From assembly GCA_043759675.1 (NCBI GenBank), contig JAYVLC010000009.1:1-31328 (forward strand): a stretch of 31,328 bases of DNA, read 5' to 3'. Made by a program: the position numbers and the translations under genes. The first letter of the stretch is position 1; the number at the start of each line of letters is the position of its first letter. Positions 17,475-28,703 of this stretch are shown one piece after another. The stretch comes from Sphingosinicellaceae bacterium (GTDB lineage Bacteria; Pseudomonadota; Alphaproteobacteria; Sphingomonadales; Sphingomonadaceae). A model generated the notes under the pieces. That model saw only the letters and a list, made by a program, of their open reading frames with translations, was not told where the DNA came from and made no database searches.

Positions 17475-17509
17475 CGGGGCCTGCTGTTGGAGCAGGCCCC
17501 GTGCACTTT
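17475..17509 (+). terminator. Possible intrinsic terminator hairpin
   Basis: CGGGGCCTGCT (17475-17485)/AGCAGGCCCCG (17491-17501) 11-bp stem; only a weak U tract (CACTTT) follows. Confidence 0.5.
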
Positions 17510-17549
17510 GCGGGACCTGTTCTGGCACCCGCAAGCTGCCAAATCGCCC

Positions 17550-17578
17550 TTGACCCTGTGGGACTCGGCGCGTATAGG
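17550..17578 (+). promoter_or_regulatory. Putative sigma70 promoter of the str (rpsL) operon
   Basis: TTGACC (17550-17555), N17, TATAGG (17573-17578), implying a leader of about 215 nt. Confidence 0.7.
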
Positions 17579-17800
17579 CCGCCCTCACTCGCGGGCTGGT
17601 GGTAGGTAAGCAACCTAAACGCTGTCCTGGAACGAGTTTAGATACGCACATGCGTGAGTGAGGTCCGGCCGGGCTTCGATTGAAGGTTCCGGCATCGCCT
17701 CGCGGATGGCTCCCGTCTTATGGCGGGGTATTGCCGTTGGCGCATGTCGAGCTGAGATTCACTGCCGCACGCGGCGAACTGTTGAAGGCCTGAAACACGC

Positions 17801-18172
17801 ATGCCGACGATCAACCAGCTGGTCCGCAAGGGCCGCACCCCGCAGCGAGTGCGCGAGACCGCGCCAGCTATGGAGTCCTGCCCGCAAAAGCGCGGTGTTT
17901 GCACGCGCGTCTATACAACGACCCCGAAGAAGCCGAACTCGGCACTCCGCAAGGTCGCCAAGGTGCGCTTGACCAACGGCTTTGAAGTCATCGGTTATAT
18001 CCCCGGCGAAGGTCATAATCTGCAGGAGCACTCGGTCGTGCTTATCCGCGGCGGCCGCGTTAAGGATCTTCCCGGCGTGCGCTACCATGTGCTTCGCGGC
18101 GTGCTCGACACGCAGGGCGTCAAGGATCGCAAGCAGAGCCGTTCGAAATACGGCGCCAAGCGGCCGAAGTAA
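17801..18172 (+). CDS. rpsL: 30S ribosomal protein S12
   Basis: [33 protein letters not shown]. Confidence 0.99.
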   Translation: MPTINQLVRKGRTPQRVRETAPAMESCPQKRGVCTRVYTTTPKKPNSALRKVAKVRLTNGFEVIGYIPGEGHNLQEHSVVLIRGGRVKDLPGVRYHVLRGVLDTQGVKDRKQSRSKYGAKRPK

Positions 18173-18184
18173 GGAACGAACCGG

Positions 18185-18655
18185 ATGTCACGTCGTCGTC
18201 GCCCAGAGAAGCGCGAAATCCTGCCCGATCCCCGTTACGGGGACGTCACATTGACCAAGTTCATGAATTTGGTGATGTACGAAGGCAAGAAATCGGTTGC
18301 CGAGCAGATCGTTTACGGAGCTCTCGATGTTGTCGAGCAGCGCGCCCGTCGCGAACCGATCGGTGTGTTCCATGATGCGCTGGCGAATGTTCGCCCGGCC
18401 ATCGAAGTTCGCAGCCGCCGCGTTGGTGGTGCGACCTATCAGGTTCCCGTCGAGGTTCGTCCGGAGCGTTCGCAGGCACTGGCCATTCGCTGGCTGATTG
18501 GTGCAGCGCGTAATCGCAGCGAGCACACGATGTCGGCGCGCCTGTCGGGCGAGCTGATGGATGCTGCAAACAACCGCGGCACCGCCGTCAAGAAACGCGA
18601 AGATACGCACCGGATGGCCGAAGCCAACCGCGCCTTCTCGCATTACCGCTGGTAG
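18185..18655 (+). CDS. rpsG: 30S ribosomal protein S7
   Basis: [40 protein letters not shown]. Confidence 0.99.
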   Translation: MSRRRRPEKREILPDPRYGDVTLTKFMNLVMYEGKKSVAEQIVYGALDVVEQRARREPIGVFHDALANVRPAIEVRSRRVGGATYQVPVEVRPERSQALAIRWLIGAARNRSEHTMSARLSGELMDAANNRGTAVKKREDTHRMAEANRAFSHYRW

Positions 18656-18667
18656 CCGGAAACAGTC

Positions 18668-20743
18668 ATGGCACGCGTCCACCCACTCTCGATGTACCGT
18701 AACATTGGCATCATGGCCCATATTGATGCCGGGAAAACGACGACCACCGAGCGGATTCTTTATTATACCGGCAAGTCCTACAAGATCGGCGAAGTGCATG
18801 AAGGCACCGCGACGATGGACTGGATGGAGCAAGAGCAGGAGCGGGGGATCACGATCACCTCCGCTGCAACGACCTGTTTTTGGAACGATCACCGGATCAA
18901 CATCATCGACACGCCGGGCCATGTCGATTTCACCATTGAAGTTGAGCGGTCGCTGCGCGTTCTCGATGGTGCGGTTGCCTGCTTCGACGGGGTTGCCGGC
19001 GTTGAGCCGCAGTCCGAGACGGTGTGGCGCCAGGCCGAAAAATACAAAGTGCCGCGCATGTGCTTCGTCAACAAGCTTGACCGCACCGGCGCGAATTTCG
19101 AGCGCTGCGTCGAGATGATCAAGGATCGCCTCGGCGCGCGTCCGGCCGTCCTGTACCTGCCGATCGGTATTGAGGGCACCTTCAAGGGCCTTGTTGACCT
19201 GGTTGAGAATCGCGCGATCATCTGGCTCGAAGAGTCGCTGGGTGCAAAGTTTGAATATCAGGCGATCCCCGAGGATCTCGCTGACGCTGCCGCGATTGCC
19301 CGGTCTGAGCTGATCGAAATGGCTGTCGAGCAGGATGACGACATCATGGAGGCGTATCTGGAGGGCACCGAGCCTGACACCGCCACCCTGAAAGCGCTGA
19401 TCCGCAAGGGCACGCTGAATTTCTCCTTCGTTCCGGTGCTGTGTGGTTCGGCGTTCAAGAACAAGGGCGTTCAACCGCTGCTCGATGCCGTGGTCGATTA
19501 CCTGCCGTCGCCACTCGACATCATCGATGTTCAAGGCCTGAAGCTCGACGGTGTGACCCCGGATTCGCGTCCGGCAACGGACGATGCGCCATTCTCGGCG
19601 CTGGCGTTCAAGATTATGACCGACCCCTTCGTCGGGACGCTGACGTTTGCCCGTATTTATTCGGGCAAGATGGATGCGGCGTCGATCGTGCTCAACTCGG
19701 TCAAGGACAAGCGCGAGAAGATCGGTCGGATGCTGCTGATGCACGCAAACGACCGTGAAGATATCAAAGAGGCATTCGCCGGTGATATCGTCGCACTCGT
19801 TGGGCTGAAAGATACGACGACTGGTGACACATTGTGCTCGCCAACCTCGCCGATCATCCTTGAGCGGATGGAGTTCCCGGACCCGGTCATCGAGGTGGCC
19901 GTCGAGCCAAAGACCAAGGCCGACCAGGAAAAGATGGGCATCGCGCTCAACCGGTTGGCGCAGGAGGATCCATCCTTCCGCGTCACCTCGGACCAGGAGA
20001 GCGGCCAGACGATCATCAAGGGAATGGGCGAGCTCCACCTCGAGATTCTCGTTGACCGGATGCGCCGTGAATTCAAGGTCGAGGCCAATGTCGGCGCGCC
20101 GCAGGTTGCCTACCGCGAGTCTCTCGCCCGCAAGGTCGATGTCGATTACACCCACAAAAAGCAGTCGGGCGGTTCCGGCCAGTTTGGTCGCATCAAATTC
20201 TCGGTCGAGCCAGGTGAGCGCGGCCAGGGCGTCGTCTTTGTTGACGAGGTCAAGGGCGGAAATATTCCCAAGGAATATATCCCGGCCGTCGAGAAGGGTA
20301 TTCGCGAGATTGCGGCGTCGGGTTCGTTGATCGGGTTTCCGATCATCGATTTTACGGCCCGGCTGTATGACGGCGCGTACCATGATGTTGACTCCAGTGC
20401 GCTGGCGTTCGAAATCACCGGTCGTGGCGGCATGCGTGAGGCGGCCACCAAGGCCGGTATCAAGCTGCTCGAGCCGATGATGAAGGTTGAAGTTGTAACC
20501 CCTGAAGATTTCATGGGTGACTGCATCGGCGACCTGAACTCACGGCGCGGACAGATCCAGGGCACCGACAGCCGCGGCAACGCGCAGGTGATCGAGGCCA
20601 TGGTGCCGCTGGCGAACATGTTCGGCTACGTCAATCAGCTCCGGTCGATGACCCAGGGCCGGGCGCAATATTCGATGCAGTTCAGTCATTACGAGGAAGT
20701 GCCCGCAAACGTCGCGGAAGAGATTAAGGCAAAGCTGGCTTAG
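18668..20743 (+). CDS. fusA: Elongation factor G
   Basis: [39 protein letters not shown]. Confidence 0.99.
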   Translation: MARVHPLSMYRNIGIMAHIDAGKTTTTERILYYTGKSYKIGEVHEGTATMDWMEQEQERGITITSAATTCFWNDHRINIIDTPGHVDFTIEVERSLRVLDGAVACFDGVAGVEPQSETVWRQAEKYKVPRMCFVNKLDRTGANFERCVEMIKDRLGARPAVLYLPIGIEGTFKGLVDLVENRAIIWLEESLGAKFEYQAIPEDLADAAAIARSELIEMAVEQDDDIMEAYLEGTEPDTATLKALIRKGTLNFSFVPVLCGSAFKNKGVQPLLDAVVDYLPSPLDIIDVQGLKLDGVTPDSRPATDDAPFSALAFKIMTDPFVGTLTFARIYSGKMDAASIVLNSVKDKREKIGRMLLMHANDREDIKEAFAGDIVALVGLKDTTTGDTLCSPTSPIILERMEFPDPVIEVAVEPKTKADQEKMGIALNRLAQEDPSFRVTSDQESGQTIIKGMGELHLEILVDRMRREFKVEANVGAPQVAYRESLARKVDVDYTHKKQSGGSGQFGRIKFSVEPGERGQGVVFVDEVKGGNIPKEYIPAVEKGIREIAASGSLIGFPIIDFTARLYDGAYHDVDSSALAFEITGRGGMREAATKAGIKLLEPMMKVEVVTPEDFMGDCIGDLNSRRGQIQGTDSRGNAQVIEAMVPLANMFGYVNQLRSMTQGRAQYSMQFSHYEEVPANVAEEIKAKLA

Positions 20744-20787
20744 GCCCGCAGACACCCATCCAGAGATCAAGCTAGAGGACGAGCAAG

Positions 20788-21981
20788 ATGGCCAAAGCGA
20801 AATTCGAGCGGAACAAGCCGCACTGCAACATTGGGACCATTGGTCACGTCGACCATGGCAAGACGTCGCTGACAGCAGCGATCACCAAGATCCTGGCCGA
20901 GACCGGCGGTGCCAAGTTCACGGCCTATGCCGACATCGACAAGGCTCCCGAGGAGCGCGAGCGCGGTATCACCATTTCGACGGCGCACGTGGAATATGAG
21001 ACGGCAGCCCGTCACTACGCCCACGTCGATTGCCCCGGCCATGCCGATTATGTGAAGAACATGATCACCGGAGCTGCGCAGATGGACGGCGCGATCCTCG
21101 TCGTTTCGGCGACCGATGGCCCGATGCCGCAGACCCGCGAGCACATCCTGCTCGCCAAGCAGGTCGGCGTTCCGCAGATGGTCGTGTTCATGAACAAGGT
21201 CGATCTGGTCGACGACGCCGAGATTCTCGAGCTCGTTGAGCTGGAGATCCGCGAGTTGCTTTCGAAGTATGACTTTGATGGTGACAATATTCCGATCATC
21301 CAGGGCTCGGCAGTCAAGGCGCTCGATGGCACCAACGATGACATCGGTCGCGAATCGATCATCAAGCTGATGGCAGCTGTCGATAGCTGGATCCCGCAGC
21401 CGGAGCGTCCGCTCGACAAGCCGTTCCTGATGCCGATCGAGGATGTGTTCTCGATCTCGGGTCGCGGTACCGTTGTCACCGGCCGCGTCGAGAGCGGCAT
21501 CGTCAAGGTCGGCGAGGAAGTCGAAATCGTCGGCATCCAGACCGTCGTCCGCAAAACCGTCGTCACCGGCGTCGAAATGTTCCGCAAGCTGCTCGATCAG
21601 GGCCAGGCTGGCGACAACATCGGCGCGCTGGTTCGTGGCGTTGGCCGTGAGGAAGTTGAGCGCGGCCAAGTTCTCTGCAAGCCCGGTTCGATCAAGCCGC
21701 ACACCGACTTCTCGGCAGAAATCTACGTGCTGTCGAAGGACGAGGGTGGCCGTCACACGCCGTTCTTTGCGAACTATCGTCCGCAATTCTATTTCCGCAC
21801 CACCGATGTCACCGGAACCGTCGAGCTGCCAGAGGGCACCGAGATGGTCATGCCGGGCGACAATGTGACGCTGACCGTCAAGCTCATCGCACCAATCGCG
21901 ATGGATCAAGGTCTGCGCTTCGCTATTCGTGAAGGTGGCCGGACCGTTGGCGCCGGCGTCGTCGCGAGCATCAGCAAGTAA
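20788..21981 (+). CDS. tuf: Elongation factor Tu
   Basis: [48 protein letters not shown]. Confidence 0.99.
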   Translation: MAKAKFERNKPHCNIGTIGHVDHGKTSLTAAITKILAETGGAKFTAYADIDKAPEERERGITISTAHVEYETAARHYAHVDCPGHADYVKNMITGAAQMDGAILVVSATDGPMPQTREHILLAKQVGVPQMVVFMNKVDLVDDAEILELVELEIRELLSKYDFDGDNIPIIQGSAVKALDGTNDDIGRESIIKLMAAVDSWIPQPERPLDKPFLMPIEDVFSISGRGTVVTGRVESGIVKVGEEVEIVGIQTVVRKTVVTGVEMFRKLLDQGQAGDNIGALVRGVGREEVERGQVLCKPGSIKPHTDFSAEIYVLSKDEGGRHTPFFANYRPQFYFRTTDVTGTVELPEGTEMVMPGDNVTLTVKLIAPIAMDQGLRFAIREGGRTVGAGVVASISK

Positions 21982-21989
21982 GTATGTTA

Positions 21990-22031
21990 CGACCGCCCGG
22001 CAGGGTCACCTGCCGGGCGGTCGCGGTTTTT
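21990..22031 (+). terminator. Terminator-like hairpin between tuf and rpsJ
   Basis: Perfect 15-bp stem CGACCGCCCGGCAGG (21990-22004)/CCTGCCGGGCGGTCG (22009-22023), GTCA loop, then CGGTTTTT. Confidence 0.65.
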
Positions 22032-22056
22032 GTGAAACGAATAAAGCGGTATTGAG

Positions 22057-22371
22057 ATGGAAACGCAGAACATTCGCATCCGGCTGAAAGCCTTCGACCA
22101 CCGTGTGCTCGATCAGGCCACCGGTGAGATTGCCGATACCGCAAAGCGCACTGGTGCGTCGATCCGTGGTCCAATCCCGATGCCGACGCGCATCGAAAAG
22201 TTCACGGTCAACCGCTCACCGCACGTTGATAAGAAATCGCGTGAACAATTCGAAGTTCGCACCTATAAGCGCCTCCTCGACATCGTTCAGCCAACGCCAC
22301 AGACGGTGGATGCGCTGATGAAGCTCGACCTCGCCGCAGGTGTGGACGTGGAAATCAAGCTGCAGGCCTAG
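22057..22371 (+). CDS. rpsJ: 30S ribosomal protein S10
   Basis: [24 protein letters not shown]. Confidence 0.99.
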   Translation: METQNIRIRLKAFDHRVLDQATGEIADTAKRTGASIRGPIPMPTRIEKFTVNRSPHVDKKSREQFEVRTYKRLLDIVQPTPQTVDALMKLDLAAGVDVEIKLQA

Positions 22372-22389
22372 GTCTGCAGTCGAAGTGGT

Positions 22390-22485
22390 CGTCATCCCCG
22401 CGAAGGCGGGGACCTAGTGCGATCAAAAGCGCGAGCGAAGCTCGCAAGTTGTTGTTGGGCTGGGTTCCCGCCTTCGCGGGAATGA
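22390..22485. repeat. CGTC-type REP dimer (inverted pair)
   Basis: CGTCATCCCCGCGAAGGCGGGGACC at 22390 and an inverted copy GGTTCCCGCCTTCGCGGGAATGA ending at 22485 (22/25 matches); central GCGAGC-GAA-GCTCGC hairpin. Confidence 0.8.
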
Positions 22486-22542
22486 TAGTTCGGGTTTTAG
22501 CTCAAGCCCCCGGGAGGGGCCTCTGATGGAAGGAATTGGGTC

Positions 22543-23283
22543 ATGCGCACTGGCGTGATCGCGAAGAAGTTGGGAATGACACGGTTGTTTCAGGACGACG
22601 GGCGCCATGTGCCTGTAACCGTCCTGTCGCTGGAGAATTGCCAGGTTGTCGCGCACCGCACCCTCGCCGACGATGGCTATGTGGCCGTCCAGCTCGGTGC
22701 AGGCGTTGCGAAAGCAAAGAATCTGACGAAGCCTGAGCGCGGCCATTTCGGCAAAGCCGAAGTGGAGCCAAAGGCCCGCGTTCGCGAATTCCGCGTTGCC
22801 GAGGATGCCCTCGTCGATGTTGGTGCCACCCTGTCGGCAGATCACTTCATTGCCGGTCAGATGGTCGACATTTCCGGGCAGACCCAGGGCAAGGGCTACC
22901 AGGGCGTCATGAAGCGCTGGAATTTCCGCGGTCTGCGCGCCACCCACGGTGTCTCGGTCTCGCATCGCTCGGCTGGTTCGACCGGTCAGCGTCAGGATCC
23001 AGGCAAGGTCTTCAAGAACAAGAAGATGGCCGGCCACATGGGCGACCGTCAGCGTACGCAGCAGAACCTCGAAGTCGTCTCAACCGATGTCGAGCGCGGC
23101 CTGATCTTCGTCAAGGGCTCGGTGCCCGGAAGCAAGGGTGCGTGGCTGTTGGTCCGCGATTCCGTCAAGATTGCCCGCCCGGAAGGTGCCGCTTACCCGG
23201 CATCGGTCAAGCAGGCTGCCACTCTCGCGACCGAGGCGCCCGCACCGGCCGCCGTGGACGCGACCGATGGCCAGGAAGGTTAA
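22543..23283 (+). CDS. rplC: 50S ribosomal protein L3
   Basis: [15 protein letters not shown]-like [45 protein letters not shown]. Confidence 0.98.
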   Translation: MRTGVIAKKLGMTRLFQDDGRHVPVTVLSLENCQVVAHRTLADDGYVAVQLGAGVAKAKNLTKPERGHFGKAEVEPKARVREFRVAEDALVDVGATLSADHFIAGQMVDISGQTQGKGYQGVMKRWNFRGLRATHGVSVSHRSAGSTGQRQDPGKVFKNKKMAGHMGDRQRTQQNLEVVSTDVERGLIFVKGSVPGSKGAWLLVRDSVKIARPEGAAYPASVKQAATLATEAPAPAAVDATDGQEG

Positions 23284-23286
23284 GCC

Positions 23287-23910
23287 ATGAAGGTCGATGT
23301 AAAGACCCTCGACGCCGGCAAGGCCGGATCGATCGAGCTGAACGATGCAGTCTTCGGACTTGAAGCCCGCAAGGACATTCTGTTCCGCGTCATCAACTGG
23401 CAGCTCGCCAACCGTCGCGCCACGGCGCGGGGCGCGCGCGAACGGTCAGATGTGCGGCGTACCGGCAAGAAGCTCGGCAATCAGAAGGGCGGCGGTACCG
23501 CTCGTCACGGCAACCGGGCTGCACCGCAGTTCACTGGTGGTGGCAAGGCGCACGGTCCACGGGTCCGGGCATTCACCCAGTCGCTGAACAAGAAGGTTCG
23601 GGCACTCGGCCTGAAGACCGCACTGTCGGTCAAGGCTGCCGAGGGCAAGCTGATGATCGTCGATAGTCTGGCGCTTGGCGAGGCGAAGACCAAGTCATTG
23701 CTGGCGCGGCTGGCTGGCTTGGGCGTCACCAACGGCCTGTTCATCGACGGCGAGGCGGTTGATGCCAATTTCCTGATGGCGTGCGCCAACCTGCACAAGG
23801 TTGACGTGATGCCGGCGGTTGGCGCGAACGTTTATGACATTCTCAACCACGACATGCTGGTGCTGACCCGCGCAGGCGTCGAGAAGCTGGAGGCGCGGTT
23901 CAATGGCTAA
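23287..23910 (+). CDS. rplD: 50S ribosomal protein L4
   Basis: [35 protein letters not shown]. Confidence 0.98.
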   Translation: MKVDVKTLDAGKAGSIELNDAVFGLEARKDILFRVINWQLANRRATARGARERSDVRRTGKKLGNQKGGGTARHGNRAAPQFTGGGKAHGPRVRAFTQSLNKKVRALGLKTALSVKAAEGKLMIVDSLALGEAKTKSLLARLAGLGVTNGLFIDGEAVDANFLMACANLHKVDVMPAVGANVYDILNHDMLVLTRAGVEKLEARFNG

Positions 23911-24229
23911 GGCTCCGAAGAAGGCCGCTGGCGCTGCCATCGACCTCAAACATTATGACGTGGTGCGCAAACCGCACATCACCGAAAAAGCGACACTGCT
24001 TTCCGAGCACAACCAGGTAGTGTTCAAGGTCGCGACCGACGCAACAAAGCCTCAGATCCGCGCTGCGGTCGAAGCCTTGTTCAACGTCAAGGTCACGGGC
24101 GTGAACACGCTTGTCCAAAAGGGCAAGACCAAGCGCTGGAAGGGCAAACCCTACATGCGTTCCGATGAGAAGAAGGCGATCATTACGCTCGCCGAAGGCT
24201 CATCGATCGACGTGACCACCGGCATTTGA
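23903..24229 (+). CDS. rplW: 50S ribosomal protein L23
   Basis: [29 protein letters not shown]. Confidence 0.98.
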   Translation: MAKAPKKAAGAAIDLKHYDVVRKPHITEKATLLSEHNQVVFKVATDATKPQIRAAVEALFNVKVTGVNTLVQKGKTKRWKGKPYMRSDEKKAIITLAEGSSIDVTTGI

Positions 24230-24245
24230 GCGGGCAGGACTCGAC

Positions 24246-25082
24246 ATGGCATTGAAGAAATATAATCCAACCAGCCCGGGCCGCCGCGGCCTTGTGCTTG
24301 TTGACCGTTCGGCGCTCCACAAGGGCAAGCCGGTCAAGGCGCTGACCGAAGGTCTGAAAAAGACCGGTGGCCGCAACAATATGGGCCACGCCACGTCGCG
24401 CGGCATCGGTGGCGGTCACAAGCAGCGTTACCGCATCATCGATTTCAAACGCCGCAAGTGGGACATGCCCGCAACTGTCGAGCGTTTGGAATATGATCCG
24501 AACCGCACGGCGTTCATCGCGCTGGTGAATTATCCAGACGGTGAGCAGACCTATATCATCGCGCCGCAGCGCCTGGCCCCCGGCGACACGATTGTTGCGG
24601 GCAAGAAGGTCGATGTGAAGCCGGGCAACGCGATGGAGATCGGTCAGATGCCGATTGGCACCATTGTCCACAACGTCGAGATGAAGCCTTTGAAGGGCGG
24701 CCAGCTTGCCCGTTCGGCTGGAACCTTCATCCAGGTCGTCGGTCGCGATAGTGGCATGGTGATCATCCGGCTGAACTCCGGCGAGCAGCGTTACATCCGC
24801 GCCGATTGCATGGCGACGGTTGGTGCGGTCTCAAACCCGGACAATGCCAACACTTATCTGGCGAAGGCCGGTCGCAACCGCTGGCTCGGTCGTCGGCCGC
24901 TGTCACGCGGTGTTGCCAAGAACCCGGTCGACCATCCGCATGGCGGCGGCGAAGGCCGCACCTCCGGCGGCCGTCATCCGGTTACGCCTTGGGGCAAGCC
25001 GACCAAGGGTGCCAAGACCCGCCACAATAAGTCGACGGATAATATGATCATCCGTTCGCGTCACGCTAAGAAGAAGAGGTAG
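24246..25082 (+). CDS. rplB: 50S ribosomal protein L2
   Basis: [40 protein letters not shown]. Confidence 0.99.
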   Translation: MALKKYNPTSPGRRGLVLVDRSALHKGKPVKALTEGLKKTGGRNNMGHATSRGIGGGHKQRYRIIDFKRRKWDMPATVERLEYDPNRTAFIALVNYPDGEQTYIIAPQRLAPGDTIVAGKKVDVKPGNAMEIGQMPIGTIVHNVEMKPLKGGQLARSAGTFIQVVGRDSGMVIIRLNSGEQRYIRADCMATVGAVSNPDNANTYLAKAGRNRWLGRRPLSRGVAKNPVDHPHGGGEGRTSGGRHPVTPWGKPTKGAKTRHNKSTDNMIIRSRHAKKKR

Positions 25083-25087
25083 CCGCG

Positions 25088-25366
25088 ATGGCACGTTCCG
25101 TCTGGAAAGGCCCGTTCGTCGAGCTCAGCCTTCTGAAAAAGGCCGAGACCGCACAGGACAGCGGCGCACGCGGTGTGATCAAGACCTGGTCACGTCGTTC
25201 AACCATCCTGCCGCAGTTCGTTGGACTTACGTTCAGCGTTTACAACGGCAAGAAATTCATTCCGGTCTCGGTCAACGAGGACATGGTCGGTCACAAGCTC
25301 GGTGAATTCTCGCCGACGCGGACCTTCCCTGGTCACGCGGCCGACAAGAAGGCGAAACGCTCATGA
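25088..25366 (+). CDS. rpsS: 30S ribosomal protein S19
   Basis: [35 protein letters not shown]. Confidence 0.99.
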   Translation: MARSVWKGPFVELSLLKKAETAQDSGARGVIKTWSRRSTILPQFVGLTFSVYNGKKFIPVSVNEDMVGHKLGEFSPTRTFPGHAADKKAKRS

Positions 25367-25758
25367 GCAAGGGTCCAAACCCGCGCCGTGTTGGCGAACG
25401 TGAGGCGTTCGCTGTCGCGACCACCATTCGTGGTTCGGCGCAGAAACTCAATCTTGTCGCGGGTCTGATCCGTGGGAAGAAGGCTGGCGAAGCCCTGAAC
25501 ATTCTGCAGTTCTCGACAAAAGGCATGGCAGAGGCGGTCCGCAAGGTTCTGGCGTCGGCCATCGCCAATGCCGAAAACAACCACAATCTCGACGTCGATG
25601 CGCTGGTTGTGAAGGAAGCTTCGGTCGGCAAGGCGCTGATCATGAAGCGCTTTACGCCGCGGGCTCGTGGTCGTGCAGCGCAGATCATCAAGCCGTTCAG
25701 CCGGGTCCGTATCGTGGTCCGCGAGCGCGACGAAGCGCCGGCACAGGAGCAAGCATAA
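25363..25758 (+). CDS. rplV: 50S ribosomal protein L22
   Basis: [21 protein letters not shown]. Confidence 0.98.
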   Translation: MSKGPNPRRVGEREAFAVATTIRGSAQKLNLVAGLIRGKKAGEALNILQFSTKGMAEAVRKVLASAIANAENNHNLDVDALVVKEASVGKALIMKRFTPRARGRAAQIIKPFSRVRIVVRERDEAPAQEQA

Positions 25759-26453
25759 TGGGTCAAAAGTCGTCACCCATCGGTCTGCGCCTGCAGATCA
25801 ACCGTACTTGGGACTCGCGCTGGTTCGCCCGCGGTGAGGATTATGGCCGGCTGCTTCTTGAAGACCTGAAGATTCGCGCCTTCATCCTGAAGACGTTGAC
25901 TCAGGCCGCCATTTCGAAGGTCGTGATCGAGCGTCCTGCAAAACTGTGCCGCGTGTCGATCTATGCTGCCCGTCCGGGCGTGATCATCGGCAAGAAGGGC
26001 GCCGATATCGAGAAACTGAAGGCCCAGGTCGGGACGATGACCAAGAGCGCCGTGTCGCTCAACATCGTTGAAATCCGGAAGCCAGAAGTTGATTCAAAGC
26101 TGGTGGCGCAGGGTGTTGCCGATCAACTTGAGCGTCGTATCGCCTTTCGTCGTGCCATGAAGCGGGCGGTGCAATCAGCACTGCGCCTTGGGGCCGAGGG
26201 TATTCGGATCACCTGCTCGGGTCGTTTGGGCGGCGCGGAAATCGCCCGGACCGAATGGTACCGCGAGGGCCGGGTGCCGTTGCACACGCTGCGCGGGAAT
26301 GTCGATTATGCCGAGGCGCAGGCCCACACCGCTTATGGTGTTTGCGGCGTCAAGGTTTGGATTTTCAAGGGCGAAATCCTTGGCCACGATCCGATGGCTC
26401 AGGACCGGCTCATGATGGAAGCGCAAACGTCGGGAGTCCGACCAGCGCGATAA
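25758..26453 (+). CDS. rpsC: 30S ribosomal protein S3
   Basis: [34 protein letters not shown]. Confidence 0.99.
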   Translation: MGQKSSPIGLRLQINRTWDSRWFARGEDYGRLLLEDLKIRAFILKTLTQAAISKVVIERPAKLCRVSIYAARPGVIIGKKGADIEKLKAQVGTMTKSAVSLNIVEIRKPEVDSKLVAQGVADQLERRIAFRRAMKRAVQSALRLGAEGIRITCSGRLGGAEIARTEWYREGRVPLHTLRGNVDYAEAQAHTAYGVCGVKVWIFKGEILGHDPMAQDRLMMEAQTSGVRPAR

Positions 26454-26510
26454 GGGCCATACCCCTTATCGCCTGATCGGCCGACGAACGGTGTCAGAAG
26501 GCGAATAGAA

Positions 26511-26933
26511 ATGCTGCAACCGAAACGGACCAAGTTCCGCAAGGCCTTCAAGGGCCGTATCAAGGGTGACGCCAAAGGCGGAACCACATTGAACTTTGGT
26601 GCCTTTGGCCTGAAGGCGATGGAGCCTGACCGGATTACGGCCCGGCAGATCGAGGCGGCTCGCCGTGCGATTACCCGCCACATCAAGCGTGCGGGCCGGT
26701 TGTGGATTCGGATTTTCCCGGATGTCCCGGTATCGTCAAAGCCTGCCGAAGTCCGCATGGGCAAGGGCAAGGGCGCGCCGGAATTCTGGGCTGCCCGCGT
26801 CAAGCCAGGCCGGATCATGTTTGAGCTCGATGGCGTTCCGCACGACATCGCAGTCGTCGCTTTCGAGCGCGCCGCCGCCAAGCTTCCCATCAAGACCAAG
26901 GTGATCGTCCGCCTTGGTGAACTCCACGCATAA
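26511..26933 (+). CDS. rplP: 50S ribosomal protein L16
   Basis: [23 protein letters not shown]. Confidence 0.99.
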   Translation: MLQPKRTKFRKAFKGRIKGDAKGGTTLNFGAFGLKAMEPDRITARQIEAARRAITRHIKRAGRLWIRIFPDVPVSSKPAEVRMGKGKGAPEFWAARVKPGRIMFELDGVPHDIAVVAFERAAAKLPIKTKVIVRLGELHA

Positions 26934-26945
26934 GGAGGGCGACCC

Positions 26946-27149
26946 GTGAAAATTGCCGATCTCCGCAGCAACAGCGACGACCAGCTCGTCGAGCAGCTCG
27001 GTCAGCTGAAGAAGGAGCAGTTCAATCTGCGCTTCCAGGCTGCCACTGGCCAGCTTGAGAAGCCGTCGCGGGTTCGCGCCGTGCGCCGCACCATTGCACA
27101 AATTCAGACGTTGCAGACCGAGCGGACCCAATCCGCTTCGGCTGCGTAA
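26946..27149 (+). CDS. rpmC: 50S ribosomal protein L29
   Basis: [22 protein letters not shown]; GTG start after AAGGAGG. Confidence 0.97.
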   Translation: MKIADLRSNSDDQLVEQLGQLKKEQFNLRFQAATGQLEKPSRVRAVRRTIAQIQTLQTERTQSASAA

Positions 27150-27158
27150 GGAGGACAT

Positions 27159-27395
27159 ATGCCGAAGCGCGTCCTGCAGGGCACGGTTGTGTCGGACAAG
27201 CCAGATAAGACGGTGGTCGTTCTCGTTGAGCGTAAGGTCAAGCACCCGCTCTACGGAAAGATCATGCGTCGTTCGAAGAAGTATCACGCCCACGACGAAC
27301 TGAACGCCATCAAGGCGGGCGAAACGGTGCGCATTGAAGAATGTGCTCCGATTTCGAAGCAGAAGACGTGGCGCGTTCTTGAGAAGGTCGCCTAG
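27159..27395 (+). CDS. rpsQ: 30S ribosomal protein S17
   Basis: GTVVSDK.DKTVVV, HPLYGK, PISKQK.W. Confidence 0.98.
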   Translation: MPKRVLQGTVVSDKPDKTVVVLVERKVKHPLYGKIMRRSKKYHAHDELNAIKAGETVRIEECAPISKQKTWRVLEKVA

Positions 27396-27397
27396 CC

Positions 27398-27766
27398 ATG
27401 ATCCAGATGCAGACGAATCTCGATGTCGCTGACAACAGCGGCGCGAAACGGGTGCAGTGCATCAAGGTGCTCGGCGGCTCGAAGCGCCGGGTTGCCGGCG
27501 TTGGCGACACGATTGTGGTGTCGGTCAAGGAAGCACAGCCCAAGGGCCGCGTGAAGAAGGGTGACGTGCACCGCGCCGTCGTCGTTCGCACGGCGAAGGA
27601 TATCCGGCGCGCTGACGGCTCGGTCATCCGGTTTGACGGCAATGCCGCCGTTCTCATCAACAAGAATGAGGAGCCGATTGGCACCCGCATCTTCGGGCCG
27701 GTTGTGCGCGAGTTGCGCGCTTCGGGCCACATGAAGATTATCAGCCTTGCTCCGGAGGTGCTGTAA
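27398..27766 (+). CDS. rplN: 50S ribosomal protein L14
   Basis: [34 protein letters not shown]. Confidence 0.99.
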   Translation: MIQMQTNLDVADNSGAKRVQCIKVLGGSKRRVAGVGDTIVVSVKEAQPKGRVKKGDVHRAVVVRTAKDIRRADGSVIRFDGNAAVLINKNEEPIGTRIFGPVVRELRASGHMKIISLAPEVL

Positions 27767-28086
27767 TGAGCGCTGCAAAGATCAAGAAGGGTGACAAGGT
27801 CGTCGTCCTGTCCGGCAAGGACAAGGGCAAGCACGGCGAAGTCGTCCGCTCGATGCCAAAGACCGGCAAGGTTGTGGTTGGCGGGATCAACATGATCAAG
27901 CGCCACACCAAGCCGTCGCAGGGCGACCCGCAGGGTGGCATCAAGCTTCGCGAAGCCCCGATGCACGTGTGCAAGGTGGCGATTGAGGACCCCAAGACCG
28001 GCAAGCCGACGCGCGTCGGATTCCGTATTGAGAACGGCCAGAAGGTGCGTGTCGCCAAGCGGTCCGGTGAGGTGATAAATGGCTGA
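27766..28086 (+). CDS. rplX: 50S ribosomal protein L24
   Basis: [18 protein letters not shown] (KOW motif), GKPTRVGF. Confidence 0.98.
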   Translation: MSAAKIKKGDKVVVLSGKDKGKHGEVVRSMPKTGKVVVGGINMIKRHTKPSQGDPQGGIKLREAPMHVCKVAIEDPKTGKPTRVGFRIENGQKVRVAKRSGEVING

Positions 28087-28663
28087 GGCAACGCTGACTC
28101 CGCGCATGAAGCGGATGTACGACGAGACGATCAAAGCCGCTCTGACGGAAAAGTTTGGCTATAAGAACGCCATGCAGGTCCCCAAGATCGACAAGATTGT
28201 CATCAACATGGGCGTTGGCGAAGCGACCCAGGACAAGAAGAAGGTCGATGTTGCCGCTGGCGAGATGATGCTGCTCGCCGGGCAGAAGCCTGTCATCAAC
28301 AAAGCGAAAAAGTCCGTTGCGCAGTTCAAGCTGCGTGAAGGCATGCCAATTGGCTGCAAGGTCACGCTGCGTCGCGAGAAGATGTACGAATTTCTCGATC
28401 GGCTGATCACCATCGCGCTGCCGCGCGTCCGCGATTTTCGCGGTCTGAACCCGGCATCGTTCGACGGTCGCGGCAATTATGCGATGGGCCTCAAGGAGCA
28501 GATCGTGTTCCCGGAGATCAACTATGACCGGATCGACAAGATCCGCGGCATGGACGTCATCGTTACCACCACGGCGAACACCGATGAAGAAGCGCGCGAG
28601 CTGCTGCGGGCTTTCGGATTTCCGTTCACCGACCGTCAGGATGAGACCCGCAAGGCCGCCTAG
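28079..28663 (+). CDS. rplE: 50S ribosomal protein L5
   Basis: [35 protein letters not shown]. Confidence 0.99.
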   Translation: MAEATLTPRMKRMYDETIKAALTEKFGYKNAMQVPKIDKIVINMGVGEATQDKKKVDVAAGEMMLLAGQKPVINKAKKSVAQFKLREGMPIGCKVTLRREKMYEFLDRLITIALPRVRDFRGLNPASFDGRGNYAMGLKEQIVFPEINYDRIDKIRGMDVIVTTTANTDEEARELLRAFGFPFTDRQDETRKAA

Positions 28664-28703
28664 TCAGGCGTAACCAGCAGGCTCAAGGAGAAGACCCAAA
28701 GTC

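Noticed and set aside
17801-18172. Streptomycin-resistance substitutions in S12
   Set aside because: The PKKPNS and RVKDLPG motifs are wild type.
18188-21909. 731-aa (18188-20383) and 380-aa (20767-21909) antisense ORFs opposite rpsG/fusA and tuf
   Set aside because: Expected consequence of strong codon bias in highly expressed genes; no RBS or domain evidence.
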